Source: an uncultured Bacilli bacterium | GTDB taxonomy: Bacteria; Bacillota_I; Bacilli_A; RFN20; CAG-826 | Assembly (NCBI GenBank): GCA_944375905.1 | Contig: CALWAS010000019.1 | Span: 5,394 to 69,393, forward strand | Length of the DNA: 64,000 bases | Direction: 5' to 3' | Shown: in pieces, positions 48,150-56,888 of the stretch | Layout of the letters: each line of letters begins with the position of its first letter | How positions within the stretch are numbered: position 1 is the stretch's first letter | Made by a program: the position numbers and the translations under genes | Notes under the pieces: model-generated | Databases searched by the model: none | Told to the model about the DNA's origin: nothing | Seen by the model: only the letters and a program-made list of their open reading frames with translations

Positions 48150-48181
48150 AGGGTAAGCCCCTTTAGTTTTGAGGTGATTCC

Positions 48182-49552
48182 ATGAAGGACCAAGCATTTT
48201 TCGAGCGGACTAAAATTCCAAAGCTTTTTCTTTATGCGGCCATTCCCGGTGCCATCGGGATGTTTGCGTCCGTCATTTACCAATTTGTCGATGCCATTTT
48301 CGTTTCCCACGCCCTAGGCCCAACTGCCTTTGCCGCCGTCAACCTCGGCTTTCCTTTCGTCATAGCGGCCTTCGCCGTTTCCGACATGATTGCCGTAGGC
48401 TCCTCTGTCTTGATATCGATCAAGATGGGGCGGAAGGAATACTCGGATGCCAACCGTCTCTTTACCAACGCCGTTTTGTTGATCCTTATCGTTACCGTCG
48501 CCCTTGGCCTTTTCTTCGGAACATCGGCACGCTGGCTTATCTCCCTGATGGGCGCGGAAGGGGAACTTCTGGAAATGGCCAGTTCATATCTAAGGATATA
48601 TTCGGCCTTTTTGCCCCTGACTGCGTATTTCTTCGCCTTTGATAACTACCTTCGCATCTGCGGGAAGATCAAGACAAGCATGACGATCAATCTCATATCG
48701 TCCTTTTTAATAATCGGATTAGAGGCCATATTCCTTTTTGCCTTGCGCCTTCCCCTTTGGTCTTCGGCCCTGGCGGCCTGCCTTTCGTTTGCTTTTGGGG
48801 CGCTTGCCTCGTCAATGCCGTTCCTCCTTGGCAAGCTTCAGCTGCGATTGGCGAAGCCGCATTTCGAATGGAAGGAGAATTGGGCTATCGCCAGAAACGG
48901 CTTTCCATCCTTTTTGAGCAACATTGCCGGACGCGTCACGTCCGTCGTGTTCAACACGCTTTTGCTTTCGATGGGAGGGGAAGCTGCCATCAATGCCTAT
49001 GGCGTCCTCATGTACGTAGACGGATTCGTTCTGTCGATTCTTTATGGAATGTGCGATTCGTTGCAGCCAGCCATTGGCTATAACTACGGCGCGAGGAAAA
49101 TGGACCGCGTGAAAAAACTCGGAGGCTTATGCTTTTTGGCTTCCGGGTTGGTCTGTCTCGTCGGGCTTTTGGCATGTTTACTTGCCCCCGGTCCAATATC
49201 GTCTCTATTCCTCAATTCCTCTAGCGTCGCGGAAATAGGCATCTCGGAAGCAGCGCTTTTCGTCTTCGGCTTTTCGTACCTGCTCAGGTGGGTTTCCTAT
49301 GCAGGGCAAAGTTATAGCTCGGCCCTTGAGAGGCCCGGCGCTTCGCTTCTAATTTCCGTTTCGCACAACATGTTCTTTCCGCTCGTCCTTGTCGGTTGCC
49401 TTTACACCTTGGGTCTCGATGGCATTTGGCTCAATTTTCCGCTGACAAGCGTCGGCTCGGCCATCGTTACCGGCGCGACGTTTTTCTTCCTGATCAAGAA
49501 AAGCGGCCTTTTCGAAAGGCCGCTCACCCTTGAAGAAAACGCCGACGTCTGA
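48182..49552 (+). CDS. MATE-family efflux transporter
   Basis: 456 aa with 12 predicted TM segments and two homologous halves. The N-terminus FFERTKIPKLFLYAAIPGAIGMFASVIYQFVDAIFV is typical of MATE. Confidence 0.88.
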   Translation: MKDQAFFERTKIPKLFLYAAIPGAIGMFASVIYQFVDAIFVSHALGPTAFAAVNLGFPFVIAAFAVSDMIAVGSSVLISIKMGRKEYSDANRLFTNAVLLILIVTVALGLFFGTSARWLISLMGAEGELLEMASSYLRIYSAFLPLTAYFFAFDNYLRICGKIKTSMTINLISSFLIIGLEAIFLFALRLPLWSSALAACLSFAFGALASSMPFLLGKLQLRLAKPHFEWKENWAIARNGFPSFLSNIAGRVTSVVFNTLLLSMGGEAAINAYGVLMYVDGFVLSILYGMCDSLQPAIGYNYGARKMDRVKKLGGLCFLASGLVCLVGLLACLLAPGPISSLFLNSSSVAEIGISEAALFVFGFSYLLRWVSYAGQSYSSALERPGASLLISVSHNMFFPLVLVGCLYTLGLDGIWLNFPLTSVGSAIVTGATFFFLIKKSGLFERPLTLEENADV

Positions 49553-49589
49553 GGGCGATGCAAATTGAGCCAGCAGCAGGATTGCCGCT

Positions 49590-51281
49590 TTATCCCAGCC
49601 GAATGGCAAATTCGCCTTCGGAAAGCACGTCGATTTTGGAAGCGTTAGAAATTAGCGGCTTGCCATCGAGGGAAAGCGGAGATTTGCCCATGTTTATTTC
49701 GAGAGCGGCCTCTTCGCTTCCGAGCCTTCTTTCCAAGCGAAGAAGGCCGTCTTTCTCGGTTGCATGGAATTCGCCTGAGCGGAATGGCTCCCTGCTTTTG
49801 AGATCGAGTAGGCTCCTGACCGTTTTGCTGTGTTGAGAGATGGAAGAGGCCTTCTCCCACGGGAAGCAGCGGCGGCAGTCCGGGTCCATTTCACCTTCGA
49901 GAGGAATCTCGTCTCCATAATAAATGCACGGCATTCCCGGATAGAAAACGATGATTGCCATGGCTGTCTCAAGTGCTTTCACATTCCCTTTGGCAAGGGT
50001 GATGAAGCGCGCCGTATCATGGCTGTCTATGAGATTCAGCATCATCTTCGTTACGTTCTTGCGATATAGGAGGTAGATGTCGTTCAAACGATCGGCCATT
50101 TCCTTTGCGCTTAGGCATTTCGCGACGATGAAATCGACCATGGCGTAATAGAGCGGATAGTTCATCATGCCGTCGAATTCGTCTCCCCGGAGGAAGGAGG
50201 GACCGACATGCCAGTTCTCGCCGATCAGGATCGCTTCCGGGAATCTTTCTTTCACGATGTCGTGCAGGCGTCTCCAGAAGCGGTGGGAAATCTCGTCTCC
50301 CACGTCGAGACGCCAGCCATCGATGCCAAGCTCCAAATAATGGAGCGCAACATCCTGGAGATAATGTTCGGCTTCCGCGTTGTCCACGTTGATCTTCGGC
50401 ATGTAGGCAGCGCTCGAAAAAGTTTCGTAGTTTCTTTTGAGAAAAGACGGCTTCTCGCCTTTCAGGCAAAACCATTTCGCATACGGGGAGCCGTATCCGT
50501 TTTCCACGACGTCCTGGAACTTGTCCGAAAAGAACGACATATGGTTGTAAACCCCGTCGAGGATGATGCGCATGCCTTTGCGGTGGGCCTTGTCGATCAA
50601 TTCCCGAAGATCGTCTTCGCTCCCGAATTGCGGGTCGATTTTCATATAGTCGAGGGTGTCGTATTTGTGATTGGTGCCAGAAAGGAAAATGGGGGTCAGG
50701 TAAATGGCGTTTGCCCCGACTTCCTTGATGTAATCGAGGGAATCGATTATTCCGCGCAAGTCTCCGCCGGCATGGGAATCGCGTTCCGGGGAAGCTCCCC
50801 ACGCCATGTTGACGTAGGTTAGGTCCTTGTCGCGGTTGCCCATCTTGAAACGATCGGGGAAGATTTGATAGAACCTCGCTCCCTCTACCCATGACGGGAC
50901 GTGAACGCAGTCGCTTTCGTGGACGTAAGGAAACTGGAAGTAGTCTTTGTAGGAATCTTCGAATCGATAGCTTTCCGTTAGTCCTCTTTCGGTCAGGAAA
51001 AGCGAATCGCCTTTGCGATCGACGAGCTCGAAGACATATGCGATCCTTCGGTCGTCAAGCGGGGCAATTGCCGAGTAATAGGAGAAGAGGCCGTCGCTTC
51101 TTTCGAAGGAAAGGTCGATGACGTGCCTGCTTTTCGAAAAGAGGTACTTGTTTCCGTAGTGAACGGCGATCCTTTTGATTTCATCGCCTTTTTTTGCTCG
51201 AAGGCGAAAATATAGAGACGACGTATCGATTGGGTCGACGTAGGGGTAATCGGGTATGTGGTAGATTGCTTCTTTGACCAT
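49590..51281 (-). CDS. GH13 alpha-glycosidase (neopullulanase / cyclomaltodextrinase type)
   Basis: 563 aa with an N-terminal dimerisation domain. Conserved regions AIYLTPIF, GWRLDVGDE, IGENWH, NLIDSHDT. Confidence 0.92.
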   Translation of the reverse strand: MVKEAIYHIPDYPYVDPIDTSSLYFRLRAKKGDEIKRIAVHYGNKYLFSKSRHVIDLSFERSDGLFSYYSAIAPLDDRRIAYVFELVDRKGDSLFLTERGLTESYRFEDSYKDYFQFPYVHESDCVHVPSWVEGARFYQIFPDRFKMGNRDKDLTYVNMAWGASPERDSHAGGDLRGIIDSLDYIKEVGANAIYLTPIFLSGTNHKYDTLDYMKIDPQFGSEDDLRELIDKAHRKGMRIILDGVYNHMSFFSDKFQDVVENGYGSPYAKWFCLKGEKPSFLKRNYETFSSAAYMPKINVDNAEAEHYLQDVALHYLELGIDGWRLDVGDEISHRFWRRLHDIVKERFPEAILIGENWHVGPSFLRGDEFDGMMNYPLYYAMVDFIVAKCLSAKEMADRLNDIYLLYRKNVTKMMLNLIDSHDTARFITLAKGNVKALETAMAIIVFYPGMPCIYYGDEIPLEGEMDPDCRRCFPWEKASSISQHSKTVRSLLDLKSREPFRSGEFHATEKDGLLRLERRLGSEEAALEINMGKSPLSLDGKPLISNASKIDVLSEGEFAIRLG

Positions 51282-51366
51282 GCCTCAAATCATAGACAAA
51301 TTAACGTCGAACTTCCTCAACGAGACTTCTCTTTTTTTCGCATGTAGACGATCAAAGACACATAGA

Positions 51367-51924
51367 TCAGGTCGCTATTCGGCACTTTGTAGAGAAGCTT
51401 TTCGCCTTTGTTGAAACCGATATCGGTAGGGTCGGTTTCTCACCCCATTTTAAGTTGATGTAGGATTCGTCTTTGCCCCTCTCGCCGCGGAAAAAGCGGT
51501 CAGGGAAGATTTGATAGAAAACGGCGTTTTGCGTCCATTCGGGCAATCGCGGCACGGCGCCTTCGTGAACGTACGGGTATTGAAAGAAATCCTCGTAGGA
51601 GTGCTCGAAGTCATAGCCTTTGGAGAGGCCGCGCTCGGAAAGGAAGAGGCTTTCGCCGCCTTCTTTTATCTCGAATACGCAGGCCAAGCGGGGATCGTCT
51701 AGCTGGCAGACCGCCTCGAAATAGACGAAGTTCCTCGTTTCGTATAGCGGTTTTGCCTCGGCGGTGTTTCGCCTTTTGGGGAATAGGTACTTGTTTCCGA
51801 AATGAACGAGTACTTTGTCGCCTTTGTCCTCGATTCCAAGGCGCAGGCGAAATAGAAACATCCCCTTTCCAAGCGGCGTGGCAAAGGGCGATTCGCTTTG
51901 GTGATAGATGGCCGATTCGTTCAT
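51367..51924 (-). pseudogene. truncated paralogue of the adjacent GH13 gene (N-terminal ~165 aa only)
   Basis: Collinear with the 49590..51281 protein from AIYH through FYQIFPDRF ... KWGEKPT. Similarity is then lost, with a stop 20 codons later. The whole catalytic barrel is missing. Confidence 0.7.
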
Positions 51925-51976
51925 GTTTTTAAGTAAGGGGTCAATTCTTGTCTTCTTTCGGTATAATTACCGGCTG

Positions 51977-52753
51977 ATGGCTAGGAAGAGGGTTACGCTC
52001 AAGGACATTGCGAAGGAGGCCGGGGTTTCCATCGCGACCGTCTCCTATGTTCTTTCCGAGAGGAAGGACCAGAAGATTTCGGATGCCAAGAGGAAGAAGA
52101 TCCTCCAGCTGGCCAATCTTTACCATTACGTCAAGAATCCGTCCGCTTCCTCCTTGGCGCTTGGGCGCCGCAATCTCGTTTCCCTTCTTTTTCCCGAGGC
52201 GTCTTGCCTTTTGGAGAAGGCCAACGACTTCATCGTCTCGGAACGTCTTTCCCTCGCCTTCCTTGAAAGGGGATACCAGACGGCCATCGAGGCTTCCAAG
52301 CTGATGCCGACCGGACACGGAAGCGACGCGATCATCGCCTTCGGGTTCGACAAGTCACGCTTTCAGGAAGTCGGGGACAATATCTTCGTCCCGCTCATAG
52401 CGGTCGATTCGATCATTGACCTCTGGCTTTTCAACGAGGTGAACGACGATTACGACTCTCTCGAAAGGGGAGTCCTGATGTCGCTTCCGCTTCGCTCGTC
52501 CTCGTATCGGGATTATCTTTCTTCCCGCTTTGAGCTAAGAGTCGTAAGCGACGAAGCCGAAGCCATCGACACGGCCAGGAACAATCCCGGTCTCTATGTG
52601 CGCGACCCGGCTCTCATGTCGCTCCTTCAGAGGGAAGGAATCGCCTTCAGGGATATCGACGCTTTCCGCGCCGCCAAGTTGGAAGGCATCGTCGAAACGA
52701 CGATTGCCTCGATTAACGAGGAAGGCGATTCCGCCCATCTCAAGGTCAAGTAG
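51977..52753 (+). CDS. LacI-family transcriptional regulator (short)
   Basis: The ATG at 51977 gives MARKRVTLKDIAKEAGVSIATVSYVLS (LacI HTH). TATAAT at 51962-51967 and the absence of an SD suggest a leaderless mRNA. A terminator hairpin GGCGCCGGG...CCCGGCGCC plus T-run lies at about 52773-52805. Confidence 0.8.
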   Translation: MARKRVTLKDIAKEAGVSIATVSYVLSERKDQKISDAKRKKILQLANLYHYVKNPSASSLALGRRNLVSLLFPEASCLLEKANDFIVSERLSLAFLERGYQTAIEASKLMPTGHGSDAIIAFGFDKSRFQEVGDNIFVPLIAVDSIIDLWLFNEVNDDYDSLERGVLMSLPLRSSSYRDYLSSRFELRVVSDEAEAIDTARNNPGLYVRDPALMSLLQREGIAFRDIDAFRAAKLEGIVETTIASINEEGDSAHLKVK

Positions 52754-52811
52754 GCAATAAGGAACGAGGAAGGCGCCGGGGGAAAGAGATCCCGGCGCCT
52801 TTTTCCTCTTC

Positions 52812-52979
52812 CTAGGCTAAGGTCGTGGGGGTGACGGTAACCATTTGCGAGTAGACGTTGATCGCAATGTTGTAGCTACCGGCGACGAGGCATTTGAAGT
52901 TGTAGTTCTTGTCGGCTGGCGCATAGGCTGCCCAGGCTGGCGTATCGTCGGCAAGGGTCTCCGGCTTTTTCTTAAACAT
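52812..52979 (-). CDS. candidate 55-aa small protein (below the ORF-track cutoff)
   Basis: AAAGGAGGACAAGC-ATG gives MFKKKPETLADDTPAWAAYAPADKNYNFKCLVAGSYNIAINVYSQMVTVTPTTLA. Strong SD at ideal spacing. Operator-like palindromes lie just upstream. Confidence 0.35.
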   Translation of the reverse strand: MFKKKPETLADDTPAWAAYAPADKNYNFKCLVAGSYNIAINVYSQMVTVTPTTLA

Positions 52980-53061
52980 GCTTGTCCTCCTTTGCTTGTG
53001 AACTTAAGCGTTTAAGTTGCTTAAGCGATAAAGTGACGATAAACGCATGTCAATACGGAAT

Positions 53062-53075
53062 TGAAAGCGCTTGCA
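53062..53075. promoter_or_regulatory. cre / LacI-family operator-like palindrome TGAAAGCGCTTGCA
   Basis: Matches the TGNAANCGNTTNCA pattern. Lies in the divergent spacer between the 55-aa ORF and the epimerase gene. Additional CTTAAGCG repeats are at 53003 and 53020. Confidence 0.5.
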
Positions 53076-53157
53076 TTCGCGCGCGCATGTGTAAATATTT
53101 TGTGTTGGTTATCACTACCACGTTGCCCGTGGCTTCTTATTGGCGCACACTTTAGCC

Positions 53158-54132
53158 ATGGCAAAGAAATGTTATGTCACCGGTTCCGGTGGAATGGTCG
53201 GCACCCATCTTGTTGAAGCCCTCCATAAGGCTGGCTACCGCGTCGAAGGATCCTATTACAATCCGACGGTCGAGCTAGACGAAGTGCTTGCCCTTCCGGC
53301 GGACAAGCTTTTTGAGCTCGACATCAGGGACCACGCGAAAATGAAGGAGTACCTCTCATCCTACCGCCCCGATATCGTTTTCCACCTCGCCGCCCAATCC
53401 TTCCCGGTGAAGAGTTGGTCGGATCCCTATTACACGATGGACGTCAACGTGAACGGGACCGTCGGGCTTCTCGAAGCGGTGAAGGACATCAAGAAAGAGG
53501 ATCCCTCCTACGATCCGAACATCGTCATCATCTCGTCTTCGGCCATCTACGGGGAAGCCCTCCTTTCCTATACGCCGGATAACCTTCCGGACGAAAGTTG
53601 CCCTCTGCTCCCGCTTCACCCGTACGGCGTGAGCAAGGTTGCCGAGGATCTACTGGCTTTCCAGTATCAAAGAAACTACGGTCTCCGCACCTGCCGCATC
53701 CGTTTGTTCAACTGCACCGGCCCTCGAAAGAAGGGCGACATCACGGGCGACTTCACCTATCGGGCGGTCATGGCCGAAAAGAACGGGACCGACACCCTGG
53801 TGGTCGGAAACCTCTCCGCGACCAGGGCCATCCTCGACGTGAGGGATCTCTGTTCTGCCCTCATGATCCTTGGAGAGAAGCTGGTTCCCGGCGAGGCTTA
53901 CAACATCTGCTCGAGCCACGTCTTCAAGATGACGCACGTAATCGAGTGCATCGAGGAAGTCACCGGCAAGAAATTCAAGCTCATCCAGGATCCGAAGCTC
54001 CTGAGGGCAGCCGACGAAAGGCTTTATGCCGGGCGCTGCGACAAGATCAAGGCCCTTGGCTGGGAAGAAAAGCTCACGTATCTCGATACCGTCCGCGACA
54101 TGATCAACTATTGGCGGGAAAAGCTTCTCTAA
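53158..54132 (+). CDS. NAD-dependent epimerase/dehydratase (extended SDR)
   Basis: The ATG at 53158 gives MAKKCYVTGSGGMVGTHLVEAL (Rossmann GxxGxxG). Catalytic YGVSK (YxxxK). Confidence 0.88.
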   Translation: MAKKCYVTGSGGMVGTHLVEALHKAGYRVEGSYYNPTVELDEVLALPADKLFELDIRDHAKMKEYLSSYRPDIVFHLAAQSFPVKSWSDPYYTMDVNVNGTVGLLEAVKDIKKEDPSYDPNIVIISSSAIYGEALLSYTPDNLPDESCPLLPLHPYGVSKVAEDLLAFQYQRNYGLRTCRIRLFNCTGPRKKGDITGDFTYRAVMAEKNGTDTLVVGNLSATRAILDVRDLCSALMILGEKLVPGEAYNICSSHVFKMTHVIECIEEVTGKKFKLIQDPKLLRAADERLYAGRCDKIKALGWEEKLTYLDTVRDMINYWREKLL

Positions 54133-54144
54133 TTAACAAGCACA

Positions 54145-54174
54145 AAAAGAAAAGGCGCCGACCGGCGCCTTTTT
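54145..54174. terminator. bidirectional intrinsic terminator
   Basis: GGCGCCG-AC-CGGCGCC palindrome flanked by an A-run and a T-run, between convergent genes. Confidence 0.75.
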
Positions 54175-54186
54175 GAATGGATCTCG

Positions 54187-55317
54187 TTAGGCGATTCTCT
54201 TGCTCGGGAAGAGAAGATTGACCCTTGCCATTGGGATGTAAAGAGCCTCGAGGCAAGCGAGGGTGACGGCCCCCGTTACCGGAATGTAGACCCCGTTGTA
54301 GGCAACGGCTGCCGGCAGGGTGTATCCGTAGATGACCATCGAGGAAACCGTCGAGCCGAAGAGGCGGACGAGGGTCATGAGGATCGAACCGATGGCGATG
54401 TAAAGGAATCCCCATTTGTTCCATCCTTCCTTTCCGGAGAAGACGAGCTTGCTAAAGAAGCCGAGGCAGGCAATCGAGCCGAAGCCGATCAGGTAATCGA
54501 ACGGATAGGTCTGGAAGCCGTATCCATCGGTAAGGCAGGTTATCAGGCCATAGACGAGGCCGCCGGCGATGAAGCCTTTGGTCGGGCCGTGTCGAAGGGC
54601 GATTACGGAAAGAGGAACGAGTCCCAAATTGATCGATCCGCCGGAAGCTCCGACGGGAATCTTTATGAACTGAAGGGCAATGGCCAGCGCCGAAAGAATT
54701 CCGATTTCCGATATGTCCCGTATGGAAATGGATACTTCCTGGGTCGAAAGGGAAAGGCTCACGATGGCCGAAACGAATAGAAGGACGGCCATGACGAGCG
54801 TTCCCGAGGAGAACGATGGGGCGGCCGCGGCCAGGTAATCGTATCCGGGTCCTCCCCAATCGAGAGCGATGTCATAGCCGATGGCGTGCCAGCATTCCCC
54901 GTAGGCCAATAGACTCGGGGAGACGAGGATGAGGACGCCGGCGACGAGGGAAACCATCGAGGCAGCTAGTGATAGCTGGGCGATGTATTTCCTGCAAATC
55001 GCCCCTATGATTAGCAAAATCAAGGAAACGACCGGCAGCATGTACACCCAAAGGACCATCCAGTTGACGCCGTTTTCAAAGAAGGAAGCAAAGAACAATT
55101 CGCTTTCTCCGACGGCCTCGAACACGTAGCCCGAGGTCCATTCCCCATCTTCGTTTAGCACCGGTCCTCCCGAAACGGAGATGACGTTTTGCTCGAATTG
55201 CGGGGCCGTGAGGGCCAAGAAGACGACTGCAGCGAAGACGATGGCCACGAGCCAAAGCCACTTTTTCAGGAATTCCTGCAGGTCGAATTCCCTTTTCGCG
55301 CTTGCCTGTTCATCCAT
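54187..55317 (-). CDS. thiT: ThiT-like ECF-transporter S component fused to a ~190-aa N-terminal multi-TM extension
   Basis: The C-terminal half (LSALAIALQFIKIPVGASGGSINLGLVPLSVIALRHGPTKGF ... PFDYLIGFG) fits ThiT. A TPP riboswitch lies immediately upstream. The N-terminal half has about 4 extra TM helices. Confidence 0.78.
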   Translation of the reverse strand: MDEQASAKREFDLQEFLKKWLWLVAIVFAAVVFLALTAPQFEQNVISVSGGPVLNEDGEWTSGYVFEAVGESELFFASFFENGVNWMVLWVYMLPVVSLILLIIGAICRKYIAQLSLAASMVSLVAGVLILVSPSLLAYGECWHAIGYDIALDWGGPGYDYLAAAAPSFSSGTLVMAVLLFVSAIVSLSLSTQEVSISIRDISEIGILSALAIALQFIKIPVGASGGSINLGLVPLSVIALRHGPTKGFIAGGLVYGLITCLTDGYGFQTYPFDYLIGFGSIACLGFFSKLVFSGKEGWNKWGFLYIAIGSILMTLVRLFGSTVSSMVIYGYTLPAAVAYNGVYIPVTGAVTLACLEALYIPMARVNLLFPSKRIA

Positions 55318-55320
55318 TTA

Positions 55321-55445
55321 AAAAGCCTCCTTTTGCTCAGGAGGCACCCAAAGAAAAATGGTTACCTCCGCCAGCATTATCTGGATCAGGTACCGTCGGG
55401 CCGCCGTTATCGGCCCCTCTCAGCCTCCTCGGGGAAGCTCCGGGC
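55321..55445 (-). promoter_or_regulatory. TPP (THI-box) riboswitch with an SD-sequestering terminator hairpin
   Basis: The minus strand reads GGCTGAGAGGGGCC...GGTACCTGATCCAGATAATGCTGGCGGAGG. CTGAGA is at 55418-55423 and ACCTGATCCAGATAATGCTGGCG at 55369-55391. The hairpin GCCTCC-TGAGCAAAA-GGAGGC (55325-55345) pairs with the SD and is followed by T5. Confidence 0.88.
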
Positions 55446-55504
55446 AAGAAAATGATAGAGCCTCTTCCTCTTCTTTCAAGGGCGGTTTTGCTAAGATTCT
55501 CGCC

Positions 55505-56137
55505 GTGAACAATTTTTGGAAAGAGAAAACGGAACTTCCGGAAGGGCTCAAGGCTGAGCTCGGGGAGCTTGCAAGCGGGGAACCCGTCTTTTCGTTTCAG
55601 ATCGGAAATAGGAGGGCAGCCCTCCTCAAAGTCGACCATCGCGCATTCAGGAAGGCCTTCGACCTCAACCGGCCCTATCTTTTTCATGGAGAATTCACCG
55701 CCAAGGGAGAAGACAACGACTATTCGAAGGCCGATACCTATCTCCTCGAAGGCGGCCTCGCGGGGTTTGCCGTTTCGTCTGACGGCTGGGCATATTCGCT
55801 TTTCTCCAACGAGAGGGGAGGCTTCTTGAAGGGCGTCGCCCCGTTTTTCAAAAAGAAGTCGAACAAACTCTGCTGCCTTTGCGGCGAGCATAACGATAGG
55901 CTAGCAAGGGCTTATTCCGACCTCCTCGGCTATGTCTTGGCAGCCGAGACAGCCGACGACGAAGCGAGGATGAGAACGTATTACGACGACGAATTTGTCA
56001 ATTATTTCGTGGAAATGAACGGTAAGCCCCGTCATCTTTTCTTCGTCGCGCCTCCGTTGAAGGAAAAGGCGAAGACGGTCGCAAGCTACTACGACGGCGT
56101 AGATTTCATATCCTCTCTATACCCATTGGAATCCTGA
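55505..56137 (+). CDS. hypothetical protein, possibly GNAT-like; start uncertain
   Basis: The ORF-track start (55358) overlaps the antisense TPP aptamer. The first plausible in-frame start downstream is the GTG at 55505. GLAGFAVSSDGWAYSLFSN ... KLCCLCGEHNDRLARAYSDLLGY loosely resembles an uncharacterised acetyltransferase-fold family. Confidence 0.4.
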   Translation: MNNFWKEKTELPEGLKAELGELASGEPVFSFQIGNRRAALLKVDHRAFRKAFDLNRPYLFHGEFTAKGEDNDYSKADTYLLEGGLAGFAVSSDGWAYSLFSNERGGFLKGVAPFFKKKSNKLCCLCGEHNDRLARAYSDLLGYVLAAETADDEARMRTYYDDEFVNYFVEMNGKPRHLFFVAPPLKEKAKTVASYYDGVDFISSLYPLES

Positions 56138-56184
56138 TTTCCTTGCCCGGAACGGTTCACAAACCATACAATGTTTTTAAACAT

Positions 56185-56862
56185 ATGCACAATATCAAGG
56201 TAATCGAGGTCAGGCAGTCGGTTTTTGCCCACAACGAGAAGAAAGCCGACGAACTCCGCCTTAAGCTTAAGGAGCAGGGAACATACCTCCTCAACGTCAT
56301 GTCGTCGCCGGGAAGCGGCAAGACGACCCTTTTGGTCGCCCTCATCAACCTGCTCAAGGAGAAGCTCAGGATCGGCGTCATGGAAGCCGACATCGATGCG
56401 CGGGTCGACGCGGACAAGGTTCACGGGCTGACCGGCGTCAAAACGATCGAGCTTCATACCGGCGGCGCTTGCCATCTCGACGCGAAAATGTGCGAGGAAG
56501 GGCTCGATGCCCTCGGGGTCGACGGCCTCGATCTCGTCATCCTCGAGAATGTCGGGAACCTAGTCTGCCCGGCTGAATTCGATACCGGATCCGCCTCGAA
56601 CCTAAATATCCTTTCGATCCCGGAAGGCGACGACAAGCCGCTCAAGTATCCGCTCATGTTCCAGGTTTGCTCGGCCTTCGTCTTCTCGAAAATCGATACG
56701 ATGCCCGTCTTCGACTTTTCGATCGAACGCGCCAAGGCGAACATCCTCAAGCTCAATGGAAAAGCGCGTTTCTTCCCGGTTTCGGCCAAAACCGGAGAGG
56801 GAATGGACGAACTGGCTGCCTACATCTACGAAACGGTTAGGGCCTTCAAAGAAGGTCGCTAA
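56185..56862 (+). CDS. hypB: hydrogenase/urease nickel-incorporation GTPase HypB
   Basis: The ATG at 56185 is preferred over the TTG at 56143. P-loop SSPGSGKTTLL, ENVGNLVCPAEFD, and SKID (NKxD-like). No His-rich or CxxCGC N-terminus. Confidence 0.9.
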   Translation: MHNIKVIEVRQSVFAHNEKKADELRLKLKEQGTYLLNVMSSPGSGKTTLLVALINLLKEKLRIGVMEADIDARVDADKVHGLTGVKTIELHTGGACHLDAKMCEEGLDALGVDGLDLVILENVGNLVCPAEFDTGSASNLNILSIPEGDDKPLKYPLMFQVCSAFVFSKIDTMPVFDFSIERAKANILKLNGKARFFPVSAKTGEGMDELAAYIYETVRAFKEGR

Positions 56863-56888
56863 GACATAGTTCCATAAGGAGGATGGAT

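Noticed and set aside
55337-55891. 184-aa minus-strand ORF, and the first 49 codons of the 55358 plus-strand ORF
   Set aside because: Both overlap the TPP riboswitch and its promoter region. The riboswitch call rests on the conserved THI-box sequence, so coding through it is unlikely.
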